NCBI RefSeq assembly: GCF_036365525.1
Contig: NC_090377.1
Location: 125,827,594 to 125,891,593 of the forward strand
Direction of reading: 5' to 3'
DNA: 64,000 nt
Source of the DNA: Heterodontus francisci
Lineage: Eukaryota
Part shown: in pieces, positions 49,516 to 61,162 of the stretch
Layout: every line of letters starts with the position of its first letter
Position numbering within the stretch: the first letter of the stretch is position 1
The notes under the pieces: model-generated
What the model saw: only the letters and a program-made list of their open reading frames with translations
What the model was told of the DNA's origin: nothing
The model's database searches: none
Made by a program: the position numbers and the translations under genes

Positions 49516-49698
49516 CCATCGATTCTCCGTCAAATCTCCGATTCATCTCCACGACCACCGACACCATCATGTTCACGTGGCAACGGCCACGCTCCCGGAT
49601 CACCGGCTACATCATCACCTACCACGCCAAGGGGCAGCAACCCCCGGTGGAGCTGTACCCACGGCCGCCAGCCAATGCCCAAGAAGCAATGGTCACAG
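49516..49698 (+). CDS. fn1: Fibronectin exon, FNIII-14 first half
   Basis: ctcag|CC ... G|gtaatc; AIDSPSNLRFISTTTDTIMFTWQRPRSRITGYII. Confidence 0.96.
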
Positions 49699-50009
49699 GT
49701 AATCTCCCACTGCCCTCACCTACCTTCGTCACAAACGTGCAGCAGCCGGTCTCAGCGGCTTCTAGGTGGAGTTGCTCACCCGCTAGGCTGCATCGGTCGC
49801 AATCTGTAGGAGGCAAAATTCTTTTAGGCATTTTCCTGAAACACTGAGCCCCAATTGGGATTGACTGGAGGACCAAGGTCTGCCATAATGAGTAAGCCCG
49901 ATCCTAAATGCACCAGGGAAGCTCCGAGTCATTGCGTTGACGGGATCCTTGGTCACTTTATTTGGGTCACACATTAAATAATACAGTGGCATCTCCCTGC
50001 TTTCCTACA

Positions 50010-50825
50010 TTAGGGATGAGGCACTTCAATTATGTGGAGAGACTACAGAAGCTGGGATTGCTCTCCTTCGAGGGAGAAGGTTAAGGAAAGAATTAATAGA
50101 GCTGTTCAAAATTACAAGGATTTCAGTAGAGCAGAGATGAGGAGAAATTTATTTTTACCTAGCAAGATGTTACAATCTGGAATGCACTGTTGCGGAAGCA
50201 GATTCAATAGTAACTTTCAAAAGGGAATTGGATAAGTAATTCAAATATAAAAACTTGAAGTTCCAAAACAAAAAGAAAGACTTGCATTTCTATAGTGCCT
50301 TTCACAACCTCCGGACATCCCAAACCATTTCATAGTCAATGAAGTACTTTTGAAGTGTAGTCATTGTTGTAATGTAGGAGACACAGCAGCCAAGTTGCGC
50401 ACAGCAAGCTCCCACAAACAGCAGTCTGATAATGACCAGATAATCTGTTTTAGTGATGTTGATTGAGGGATATATATTGACCAGGACACCGGGGAGAACT
50501 CCCCTGCTCCTCTTCAAAATAGTGCCATGGGGCCTTTTACATCCACCCGAGCAGGCAGATGGGGCCTCAGTTTAACGTCTCATGTGAGAGACAGCATCCG
50601 CAACAGTGCAGCTCTCCCTCAGTACTACACTGAAGTATCAGCCTTGATTTTTGTATTCAAGTCCTGGAGTTAGAGGCAAGAGTGCTACCACTGAGCCACA
50701 GCTCACACATGTCTTTCTGTGGGGTAAAAGGGAGGGAGTGGGACTAATAGAATAGTGCTTTTAAAGAGCCAGCATGGGCTCGATGGGCCAAACAGCCGCC
50801 TTCTGGGCTGTACAATCCTATGGGT
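50010..50825. mobile_element. CR1 3' fragment (+) interrupted by Deu-core SINE (-, ~50275-50705)
   Basis: CR1 tail resumes after the SINE. Confidence 0.75.
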
Positions 50826-51242
50826 TTCACAGCGAGAAACTGAGCAGGACTCTTATTCAAATAGTGTTTAATATGGGTTAGCCTTATCACCCAAATTAAA
50901 GGGAAATTCCACAACAGATGGAAATACCTGGGCAGTGCGTGTCCAGGTTTCTGATGTCTGGCTGGCAAGGCTCAGACACTGGGAATATTATCCCCAAAAT
51001 GTAAAGTCATTACTTTCATGACACGAGGTTTTACTTTTAACTGTGCCCGACCTTCTCCCATCAGCAACAGCTTTTGGCACCAGCGCACTCAGCCCCTTTA
51101 AGAGACGGGCAGGTGCTGTAATAGAAAGAGGTTAAGGTTTGGTACTACTGGAGAATGGGATCAAATCGGCCACTCAGCTCTCTTCATCCTGAACTAAGGA
51201 TTACAGAAGCCGGGCGTGTTAGCAATAGAGAGCAGGAAGATG

Positions 51243-51460
51243 CCAGCTGTGCCTCAGTTAGTAGTAGAAGGTTATGGGTTCAAATCCCACTCCAGGATCT
51301 TGAGCATACACTCAAGGCAAATACTCCCAAATACTCTGCTGGAGATGCTGTCCTTTGGATGAAATGTTGAGCTGAAGTCCTGTCTGCCCTCTCAGGTATA
51401 CATGAAAAATCCTATTGCACACTTACAAAGAGAAGGGGAGCTCACCCTGGTGTCCTAACT
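51243..51460 (+). mobile_element. Deu-core SINE, partial
   Basis: Family head and core. Confidence 0.65.
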
Positions 51461-51571
51461 ATCTGAAGCAACATTAATCATCATCTCCAGGAAGTATCTA
51501 GAATAATAATCCTGCAAACATTCTCAACTCCAAAAAAAACTTAAACTATTGGCTGTTCTCCCTCCCAACAG

Positions 51572-51661
51572 GGCTACAGCCTGGAACTGAGTACACCATC
51601 TACATTAAAGCTGTTCAGAACTCTCTACAGAGTGAGCCACTGAGTGGGAAGAAAACCACAG
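51572..51661 (+). CDS. fn1: Fibronectin exon, FNIII-14 second half
   Basis: aacag|GG ... G|gtaagg; [30 protein letters not shown]. Confidence 0.95.
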
Positions 51662-53057
51662 GTAAGGGATCTCGTGCAACAAGTAAGAGGAAGGTCGGAG
51701 AGATCCGAGCGTCACTTTGTCATAAGGATTGGGTTTGTATAAGGCCTTCAACACACTTGAACTGTAACCTGAGATTCTCTTGCAACCCATCTTCAACTGA
51801 GGTCCCATTGTTTCGATATTTGGTTTCCCTTGAGGACAGGTCATGAACTGAGAGTAATTGTTTACAAGGGAAGATTGGAATCAGAGCAAAAGCCAGATGT
51901 TTGTATTTCAGAAAGTGCTGGGTTTTATCAGCAAGATTGTTTTGGCAGCAACCAGGAGGGCCCTATTAAAACGTGCTGTTTCCAGTTTAAGGCAGATTAT
52001 GGAATTCAGCTGACATATAATCATAAAAGGAGGAAGATGAGGAAATTGCCCCATCACTCTATTGGACGAGGCCTGTTACGGCCTGCTCCCCCTCCTATTT
52101 CTAAGGCATCTGACCAGTAGTACTAACTTGTGCAGTAGTTGGCAGATTTAAGCTTAAGATGAGAAAAGGTTTATTTAGAGTGGCTTTGAATGCTGCACTA
52201 ATTTTGAATTTCAAACTGTGTAAGAATAAATGGTGAATTCTGACAGGAAGGGTGTATGACGGATTCAGAGTTTCAGCTGCAGATACAGTTACCATGAAAG
52301 TACCAGCTCACTTCAATGTTGTCTGCTTTGGGCTAACATACAATATGCAGTTATCATCCTATTACTGGAGTCCAGGGATATGGGGATAGGGTGGGAGAGT
52401 GGAGTTGATGTAGATCAGCTATAATCATATTGAATGGTGGAGGAGGTTCCAGGGTCCACATGGCCTATTACTGCTCCTATTTCTTATGTCCTTCTCTGTT
52501 GAAGGCACCAGGTCTTCCTGTGGTGCAATTCTGCCCCCTTGACATTATGCCAACCTTCAAGTACCAACCCAGGCATAGTGCCAGTTAGTAGATGGTATGA
52601 CCATGGGGACAGGGGGCAGAATCGATCACACCTCAAGCATTCACTCCCTCCACCACTGGTGCACAGTGGCAGCAGTGTGTACCATCTACATGATGCACTG
52701 CAGCTACTCACCAAGGCTTCTGCGACAGCGCCTTCCAAACCCGCGACCTCTGCCACTTAGAAGAACAAAAGGCAGCAGAAACATGGGAACACCACCGCCT
52801 GAAAGTTCCCCTCCCAAGTCAGACATCATCCCCACTCGTGTATATATATTGCTGTTGTTGGATTAAAATCCTGGAACTCTTAACTAAGTCCTATAGCCTG
52901 GTTCAACTGTGGGCCCAGTGCTCTGCCTGTAGCACCATCCTGACAACCCAAACAGGCCTGAGGATCCACCTGCACATGATACAGTGGCCTAACTGCCCCA
53001 AAGACCTACAGGTGAGCTGAGGAGAGGGTTTATTTTTTTAACTCAGCCAGTTGTTAT

Positions 53058-55287
53058 AGAACATAGAACATACAGCACAGAACAGGCCCTTCGGCCCACA
53101 ATGTTGTGCCGATCCTTTGTCCTCTGTCAAGGACAATTTAATCTATACCCCATCATTCTCCTTTATCCATATACCTATCCAAAAGCCTTTTGAAAGTCCC
53201 TAAAGTTTCTGACTCAACAACTTCCCCGGGCAAGGCATTCCATGCCTCGACCACTCTCTGGGTAAAGAACCTTCCCCTGACATCCCCCTTATATCTCCCA
53301 CCCTTCACCTTAAATTTATGACCCCTTGTAACGCTTTGCTCCACCCGGGGAAAAAGTTTCTGACTGTCTACCCTATCTATTCCCCTGATCATCTTATAAA
53401 CCTCTATCATGTCACCCCTCATCCTTCTCCTTTCTAATGAGAAGAGGCCTAGAATGTTCAGCCTTTCCTCGTAAGACTTATTCTCCATTCCAGGCAACAT
53501 CCTGGTAAATCTCCTCTGCACCCTCTCCAAGGCTTCCACATCCTTCCTAAAATGAGGCGACCAGAACTGCACACAGTACTCCAAATGAGGCCTTACCAAG
53601 GTCCTGTACAGCTGCATCATCACCTCACGGCTCTTAAATTCAATCCCTCTGCTAATGAACGCTAACACCCCATATGCCTTCTTCACAGCCCTATCCACTT
53701 GAGTTGCAACTTTCAATGATCTATGCACATAGACCCCAAGGTCTCTCTGCTCCTCCACATGCCCAAGAACCCTACCGTTAACCCAGTATTTTGCATTCAT
53801 GTTTGTCCTTCCAAAATGGACGACCTCACACTTTTCAGGGTTAAACTCCATCTGCCACTTTTCAGCCCAGCACTGCAACCTATCCAAGTCCCTTTGCAGA
53901 CGACAATAGCCCTCCTCGGTATCCACAACTCCACCAACCTTTGTATCATCTGCAAATTTACTGACCCACCCTTCGACTTCCTCATCCAAGTCGTTAATAA
54001 AAATCACAAACAGGAGAGGACCCAGAACTGATCCCTGCGGCACGCCACTGGTAACTGGGCTCCAGGCTGAGTATTTACCATCTAAGACCACTCTCTGCCT
54101 TCTATCAGTTAGCCAATTCTTAATCCAACTGGCCACATTCCCCACTATCCCATGCCTCCTGACTTTCTCCATAAGTCTACCATGGGGGACCTTATCAAAT
54201 GCCTTACTAAAATCCATGTACACCACATCCACTGGTTTACCCTCATCCACTTGCTTGGTCACCTGCTCAAAGAATTCAATCAGGCTTGTGAGGCAAGACC
54301 TACCCCTCACAAAACCGTGCTGACTGTCCCGAATCAAGCAGTGTCTTTCCAGATGCTCAGAAATCCTATCCCTCAGCACCTTTTCCATCAACTTGCCTAC
54401 CACCGAAGTAAGACTAACTGGCCTGTAATTCCCAGGGTTGTTCCTATTCCCTTTCTTGAACAGGGGCACAACATTTGCCACCCTCCAATCACCTGGTACC
54501 ACCCCCGTCAGCAGAGAAGATGAAAAGATCATTGCCAGCGGCTCTGCAATTTCATCCCTTGCTTCCCATAACATCCTTGGATATACCCCGTCAGGCCCGG
54601 GAGACTTGTCTATCTTCAAGTTATTCAAAAACCCCAACACATCTTCCCTCCTAACGAGCACTTCCTCGAGCTTACCAATCTGTTTCACATCGTCCTCTTC
54701 AGTAATACACCCCTTCTCATTCGTAAATACCGAAGAGAAGTACTCATTCAAAACCTCACTTATCTCTTCCGGCTCAACACACAGTCTCCCGCTATTGTCC
54801 TTGACCGGACCTATGGTCCCCCTGGTCATCCTCATATTTCTGACATACGCGTAAAAGGCCTTGGGGTTTTCTTTTATCCTACCCGCCAAGCATTTTTCAT
54901 GCCCTCTCTTAGCTCTCCTAATCCCTTTCTTCAGATCCTTCCTGGCCATCTTGTATCCCTCCAGAGCTATGCCTGTGCCCTTTTTCCTCAACTTTATATA
55001 CGCATCCTTCTTCTTCCTAACAAGACTCTCAACCTCTCTTGTCAACCACGGTTCCCTCACATGACCATCCCTTCCCTGTCTGACAGGGACATGCTTATCA
55101 ATGGCCCCTACTATCTGCTCCTTGAAAAAGTTCCACATTTCGACCGTGCCCTTCCCTGCCAGCATATGCTCCCAACTTATGCTCCTCAGTTCCTGCCTGA
55201 CAGCATCATATCTACCCTTCCCCCAATTGTAAACCTTGCCCTGTTGCACATACCTATCCCTCTCCATTACCACAGTGAATGCTACAG
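53058..55287 (-). mobile_element. Young 5'-truncated CR1 LINE with intact ORF2 RT and C-terminal region
   Basis: About 710 uninterrupted codons ([41 protein letters not shown]), plus 3'UTR and (GTTCTAT)n tail; endonuclease domain missing. Confidence 0.95.
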
Positions 55288-56175
55288 ATGATCTGGAATG
55301 CGCTGCCTGAAAGGGTGGAAGAAGCAGATTCAATAGTAACTTTCAAAAAGGAATTTGGTAAATACTTGGAACAGAAAATATTTGTGGGGAAATGAGGAAA
55401 GAGCAGGGGAGTATGCCAGGATAGCTCTTCCAAAGAGGCAACACATGCACAATGGGCCGAATGGCCACCTTCTGTGCTGTGGGGTTCTATAATTCAAATG
55501 CGTAGAAAGATGCATTCAAATAACGTTTCTTTGTGACACGTGTATTAAATGTGGCCAGGAACACAGCTTGTTTATTAAGATGTAGTCAGGCCATTCAGGT
55601 TTATAGTGTACTTTTGAGTGTTAAGTGCCAGTTTTAAGCTGTAACAGTTCTCGCGTATTCTCATTTAAAACATGTCTTGGTAAAATGTTGAGTGTCTCTT
55701 GTGTGACATAACACAGAAATGTTCAAGTCTTTGTGGATTTTGTTTCCCCATAAGGGTCTGCAGTTCTTCGTACACTGAGTCCTGGTTTGTCACTGAATTG
55801 CTAATGGCCAGAAACCTCTTGCCTCTGTAAAAGCCGAAGTAATGTTGGACAGTTCACTACGGCTCGCTCGAGATCGCTGGCTGATGTCGGTTGAGCTCTC
55901 CTGCTGAGCACGTGCTTCAACCAGCATCAGCTCTCATTAAATGCTTCTGCCTGCATCCTCTTACTGCAGATGCTTCTGCACAGCTAGTGTTGGCCAGTGT
56001 ACATGCTGTGTGTTCAAAGGGTGCACAACACACAAACTGGTAACTGGAGCAAGTTATCGACTGATTCTTAGCTTACTTTAACCCTGCTGTGCACAGCAAC
56101 TAAAAAAAGCTTCAACTTTGCTTATTAACACTGCCAATAGTTCTTTAACCTACCGTTGGTCTTCTGCTTTTTAAG

Positions 56176-56690
56176 CCCTCTTTCCACAGCTTGCCACTCT
56201 TTCCCCGTTTGTAAGCCATCGGCAGCCCGAGTACCTGGATGTCCCCTCGTTCTTTGACCAGTCAGAATTGTCCTCAGAGACTAGGTATGACCAGGGGAAT
56301 GGTGTGCCGATTACAGGGTTGGCAGAAGGCCAGAGGCTGCCGATCGACCGTGACGCGGGAGAGAACGACGGGCAGAACCAGCGGCGACCCTCTGTGACCC
56401 CGCTGAGGCCAGAAGATGGCGAGCAGAAACCGATTGATGCACACGACGACGATGACACAGCAGGACCCCACAAGCAGAGCCCATCCTCTACTTCCCACTC
56501 GCAAGGAGTGGAAGTGATAGAACAAAGTCTTCCCAATGGGCACAGAAACCAACCACGGCAACCTGGTACCCTCCCATCTCCCGAAGAGGCACGGCAGCCC
56601 AAGACCATCGTCAGCTGGACGCCAACCACCGTCGCCTTGGAGTACCTGGTCACATGTTATCCAGTAGGCCAGGAGGACAAAGCCTTCCAG
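56176..56690 (+). CDS. fn1: Fibronectin exon, V/IIICS region + FNIII-15 first half (LDV at 56235-56243)
   Basis: ttttaag|CC ... CAG|gtaaat; ALFPQLATL resembles human DELPQLVTL; PEYLDVPS; YDQGNG; TIVSW...EYLVTCYPVG. Confidence 0.88.
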
Positions 56691-56740
56691 GTAAATTGGT
56701 CATTCCCTAATAGCGCCAATCAATAATTGCTTTCCAGGGA

Positions 56741-56930
56741 AGGGTTGTCAACTCTCTAGGATTGTCCTGGAGTCTCCAGGAATTAAAGATTAACTAACTG
56801 CTGTGAGAAACATTTTCATTTATTAATTATCATAATATTGGCAATGGCGGGGGAAGAAAAAGGTTATTTGACTGTCATTTAGAAGTAAGGAAGACTCCAG
56901 GAATCATTTCAACCAGAGTTGGCAAGCCAA
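56741..56930. mobile_element. Small hAT-like MITE
   Basis: Imperfect TIR agggttgtcaac / gttggcaagcc. Confidence 0.55.
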
Positions 56931-58040
56931 ATTGCAGATGTTAAAAAAGCTAACTAGTTGCTCGCTGACCTCTGTACAGCCATTGTTCCTCCAACATGTA
57001 GAATTCCAGACAAATCAGTCTGTAATGACTCACTGTTTGGCTGTTGATCAAGCGCCAAGTTGGCACTCACACTCAGAGAGGTTATGAGTGTCAAATGTGG
57101 GAAACAGAGTGACCACTGGCTCAGTGCTAGTATTCCTGCCTCTGCGTCAGACGGGTGGGGTTCAAGGTCCACTCCAGACCGACCCCGGCTGGCAGAGAGT
57201 GGGCATCCAGCGTAGGTACTTGTGTCCGATGGGCGTGGGTGCCGACTCCTCTATTGTGAGGGTAGGTTCGACTCTCACCCCGGTTGCGGTCCACTAAGGA
57301 GAAAGTACTCTGAAGATAAAAACCAGAATGAAGGCAAAAGGAAACTACCTCACTTACTGTTTCCCCAAGAATCTCTAGGCCTGACCGACCATTTTTGTTG
57401 AACGGGCTGGAGCGGTTTTCAACTGTCTTCTGGGGATCGCATTCCGTGGTCCCGCCCAATTTTATGACAAAATGCACAATTTGTTGGCCTTGGTGTAAAT
57501 AGATGTCATGGGCTTGTCACTGAGCAGTCCCTAGAGGAAAAGGGATTCAGCCCTGGCTGGAACTGAATGGCACTGAGCTCCCAAAGTAGGTGATCAGGGT
57601 GTGAAACTCTGAATTAATGAAGCATCTCGGCTCGGGCTGGTGTAAAGTTAATGGTGGGACGGCAGTGGGGGAGGATCAATGGGGATAGTGGAAACGTGTG
57701 AATTCCACTTTCTTGTCCCAACTACTCCAGTGTTCCTACTGAGATCAACAAACTCCAGGCAGACAAAGTCAAAGCAGGGATCCTGGCTGTGGTCTAGCTG
57801 CTGGCCAAGCTCATTGAGCAATCAGAAGGAGGCCCCTCCCTTCTTCTTTTCAAGGTTTAATCCCATGATGTTTATAGTATTTTGAAGTGTGTTTAGTGAG
57901 GCCCCTCATTGTGGTGTCAGAATTATCCACCTCCCCCCACACTCCCCACCCCACCTCCCCAAAAAAGGGTTGCTGTTCTCGAGAATGAAATGGGGATCAA
58001 GCGAACAGTTCAAACTTATCTCATTTAATCTCACTTCCAG

Positions 58041-58179
58041 CTCCGGGTACCAGGAACCTCAACGTACGCCGTGTTGCCTGGCCTTGCATTAGGGGCACAG
58101 TACAACATTATAGTCGAAGCTCTGGACAGTGAAGGGAAACACAAAATTCTGCAGGATATCATCACTGTCGGAGATTCTT
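58041..58179 (+). CDS. fn1: Fibronectin exon, FNIII-15 second half
   Basis: ttccag|CTC ... T|gtaagt; LRVPGTSTYAVLPGLALGAQYNIIVEAL. Confidence 0.95.
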
Positions 58180-58819
58180 GTAAGTTGCTTTTTTTTTGTT
58201 GCAAACCCAACCAAATTTTCAAGTGTTACTGTGACATGGCAACCGTGATTGAGATGGGAAGACCCTTCTGCAGTTCAGTGATATTAATTATAACACCTCT
58301 CCACAAGCCCCACCTCACTGTAACCATCTCCCCTCCCCCACAACCAACCTTCCCCTCGACAGGGTCACCTCCCCTTCCCAAATCAACAGCTGCACACCCC
58401 CCCCCCCCCTCCCCCATTACCCTGACTGCTTCACCTCCCCCAAGAATTCTCATTCACCCCTTTATACAGGGCCTCTTCACCTCCTCCAACCATTGCCCGT
58501 GCCACCCCTGCTGGCATTTTTCACGCAGCACGGTTTGGCCCAAAAACAAACTGCATTAAAGAGGCATGGGACTCTGGTGCTGTCTACACAAGGCCGAGCG
58601 TGCATTTGCTGTCGCATTTCTTTGCCAGCCGAGGCCTGCCCGGTGAGCACGGCTGTCCAATAGTTGTGGTTTTCATGGGGAAAAAATGGGCGGAGGAAAT
58701 ATCTGGAAGCTCTGTCACGAAAAGGGCATTTGACACTGCACCAACCAGTACCTCAGTCTGTAATCCAGGAGCGAGGCCCTGCAGCTTGGAGTGGGCCTAC
58801 TGGATTCACTACAACACCA

Positions 58820-59190
58820 ACTTGCATTTATATAGCGCCTTTAATGCACTAAAAAGTACCAGAGTGCTAACAAACAAAAATTGACCGAGCCACATAAGGA
58901 GATATAAGACAGGTGACCAAAAGCTTGGTCAAAGGGGCAGGTTTTGGGGCACGTCTCAAAGGAGGAGAGGTGTAGAAAGGCAGAGAGGTTTAGGGAGAGA
59001 TTTCCAGAGCTTAACGTCCAGATGGCTGAAGGCACGACCAACAATGTGGAACAGTTAAAATAGGGCATGCCTGCGAGGCCAGAATTGGCAAAGTGCAGTA
59101 TTCTCAGCGGGTTGTGGGGCTGGAGGAAGTAGCAGAGATATGGAGGGCGAGGCCATGAGGGATCTGAACATAATGATTTTAAATTTGAGG
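58820..59190 (-). mobile_element. L2 LINE 3' fragment
   Basis: Reverse of L2 tail (cttgcatttatatagcgcc) and ORF end. Confidence 0.75.
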
Positions 59191-59194
59191 CCAA

Positions 59195-60285
59195 CAGGAA
59201 AAAGAGAGTTGGGATAAATGGGGTATTTTCAGGTTGGCAAACTGTAACTAGTGGAATGCCACAGGGATCAGTGCTGGGGCCTCAACTATTTACAATCTAT
59301 ATTAATGACTTGGATGAAGGGACCGAAAGTATTGTTGCAAAATTTGCAGATGACAGAAAGGTAGATGGGAAAGAAAGCAAGTTGTGAGGAGGATACAAAG
59401 TGTCTGCAAAGGGATTATAGATAGGTTAGGTGAGTGGGCAAAAATTTGCCAGATGGAGTACAATGTGGGATAATGTGAGGTTGTCCACTTTGGCAGGTAG
59501 AATAGAAAAGCAGAATATTATTTAAATAGAGGCAGACTGCAGAATGCTGTGGTACAGAGGGGTCCGGGTGTCCTTGTACAGGAATCACAAAAAGTTAGCA
59601 TGCAGGTACAGCAAGTAATTAGGAAGGCAAATGGAATGTTGGCCTTTATTACAAGGGGGGATGGAGCATAAAAGTAGTGAAGTCTTACTACAACTGTACA
59701 GGACAACTAGAGTACTGTGTACAGTTTTGGTCACCTTATTTAAGGAGGGATATTGTTGCATTGGAAGCAGTTCAGAGAAGGTTCACTAGGCTGATTCCTG
59801 GGTTGAAGGTATTGTCTTATGAGGAAAGGTTGATCAGGTTGGGCCGATACTCATTGGAGTTTAGAAAATTGAGAGGTGATCTTATTGAAACATGTAAGAT
59901 TCTGAGGGGGCTTGACAGGGGTAGATGCTGAAGGGATGTTTCCCCTCGTGGGGGAATCTAGAACTAGGGGTCACAGTTTCAAATTAATGGGTCTCCCTTT
60001 TAAGACAGAGTTAAAGAGGAATTTCTTTGAGGGTCACTAATCTTTGGAATTCTCTTCCCCAGAGAGCAGTGGTGGCTGGGTCATTGAATATATTCAAGGT
60101 TGAATTAGGCAGATTTTTGATCTACAAGGGAGTGAAGGATTAGGGATGTGGGGGGGGGGGGGGTGGGGTGGGCAGCAGGAAAGTGGAGTAAATGCTAGAA
60201 TCGGATCAGCCATGATCCTATTGAATGGTGGAGCAGGTATGAGGGGCTGAATGGCCTACTCCTGCTTCCACTTCTTATGTTTTTA
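59195..60285 (+). mobile_element. Decayed CR1
   Basis: [34 protein letters not shown]. Confidence 0.9.
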
Positions 60286-60744
60286 TGAGTGACTTCCAAC
60301 TGAGACCTTGGCCACCAATTCCAGGTGAATCTGGCTGTACTCTGCACATTGGGAACCAATGGCAGGAGCATGGCATTTAACCCAATATAATGCAGCATCG
60401 GATCCCTTATGGAAACTGGGGAGGGGAGAGAGGGACAGGGTCACGTCACACCTTTCAATCAGTCCTCTTTCAATGACTGTGGAGTTGGCCATTCACATGT
60501 ATTGTTTGCAAGTGTGTGGAGGGAGCTTTTAAATTCTGCCTGGTCATCCTCTTCCCTCCTAACCCTTGAATTTACCTCAGTTATAAGTGCAGACAGACCA
60601 GGGTTTTTTTTTTCCCCACCCTCACCAGCTGGATGGACATGCTTGCGGAGCAGATGGCAGTGGAACCTGCCAGCAGCTCTGGGTGAGGGTGAAAATGAGC
60701 ATCCTGTCCTCGCCAACACGTGCTGCCCCGCTCTGCATTTGTGG

Positions 60745-61162
60745 GCTAGGATTATTTTCATTAGAAAGACGGAGGTTGAGGGGGGACCTGATTGAGGTGT
60801 ACAAAATCATGAGAGGTATAGACAGGGTGGATAGCAAGAAGTTTTTTCCCAGAGTGGGGGATTCACTTACAAGGGGACACGAGTTCAAAGTGAGAGGGGA
60901 AAAGTTTAGGGGGGATATGCGTGGAAAGTTCTTTACGCAGAGGGTGGTGGGTGCATGGAACGCATTGCCAGTGGAGGTGGTCGACGCGGGCACGATAGCG
61001 TCTTTTAAGATGTATCTAGACAGATACATGAATGGGCAGGAAGTAAAGAGATACAGACCCTTAGAAAATAGGCGACAGGTTTAGAGGGAGGATTTGGAGC
61101 GGCGCAGGCTTGGAGGGCCGAAGGGCCTGTTCCTGTGCTGTAATTTTCTTTGTTCTTTGTTC
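60745..61162 (+). mobile_element. Young short CR1 3' end
   Basis: Open frame LGLFSLERRRLRGDLIEVYK..WNALP..LDRYM, tail (ttctttg)n. Confidence 0.9.

Noticed and set aside
55288-55333. N-terminus of the 726-aa ORF as a real start or a domesticated RT gene
   Set aside because: The start is TTG, and the first ~15 codons are the antisense of the older host CR1; the frame is a truncated LINE ORF2.
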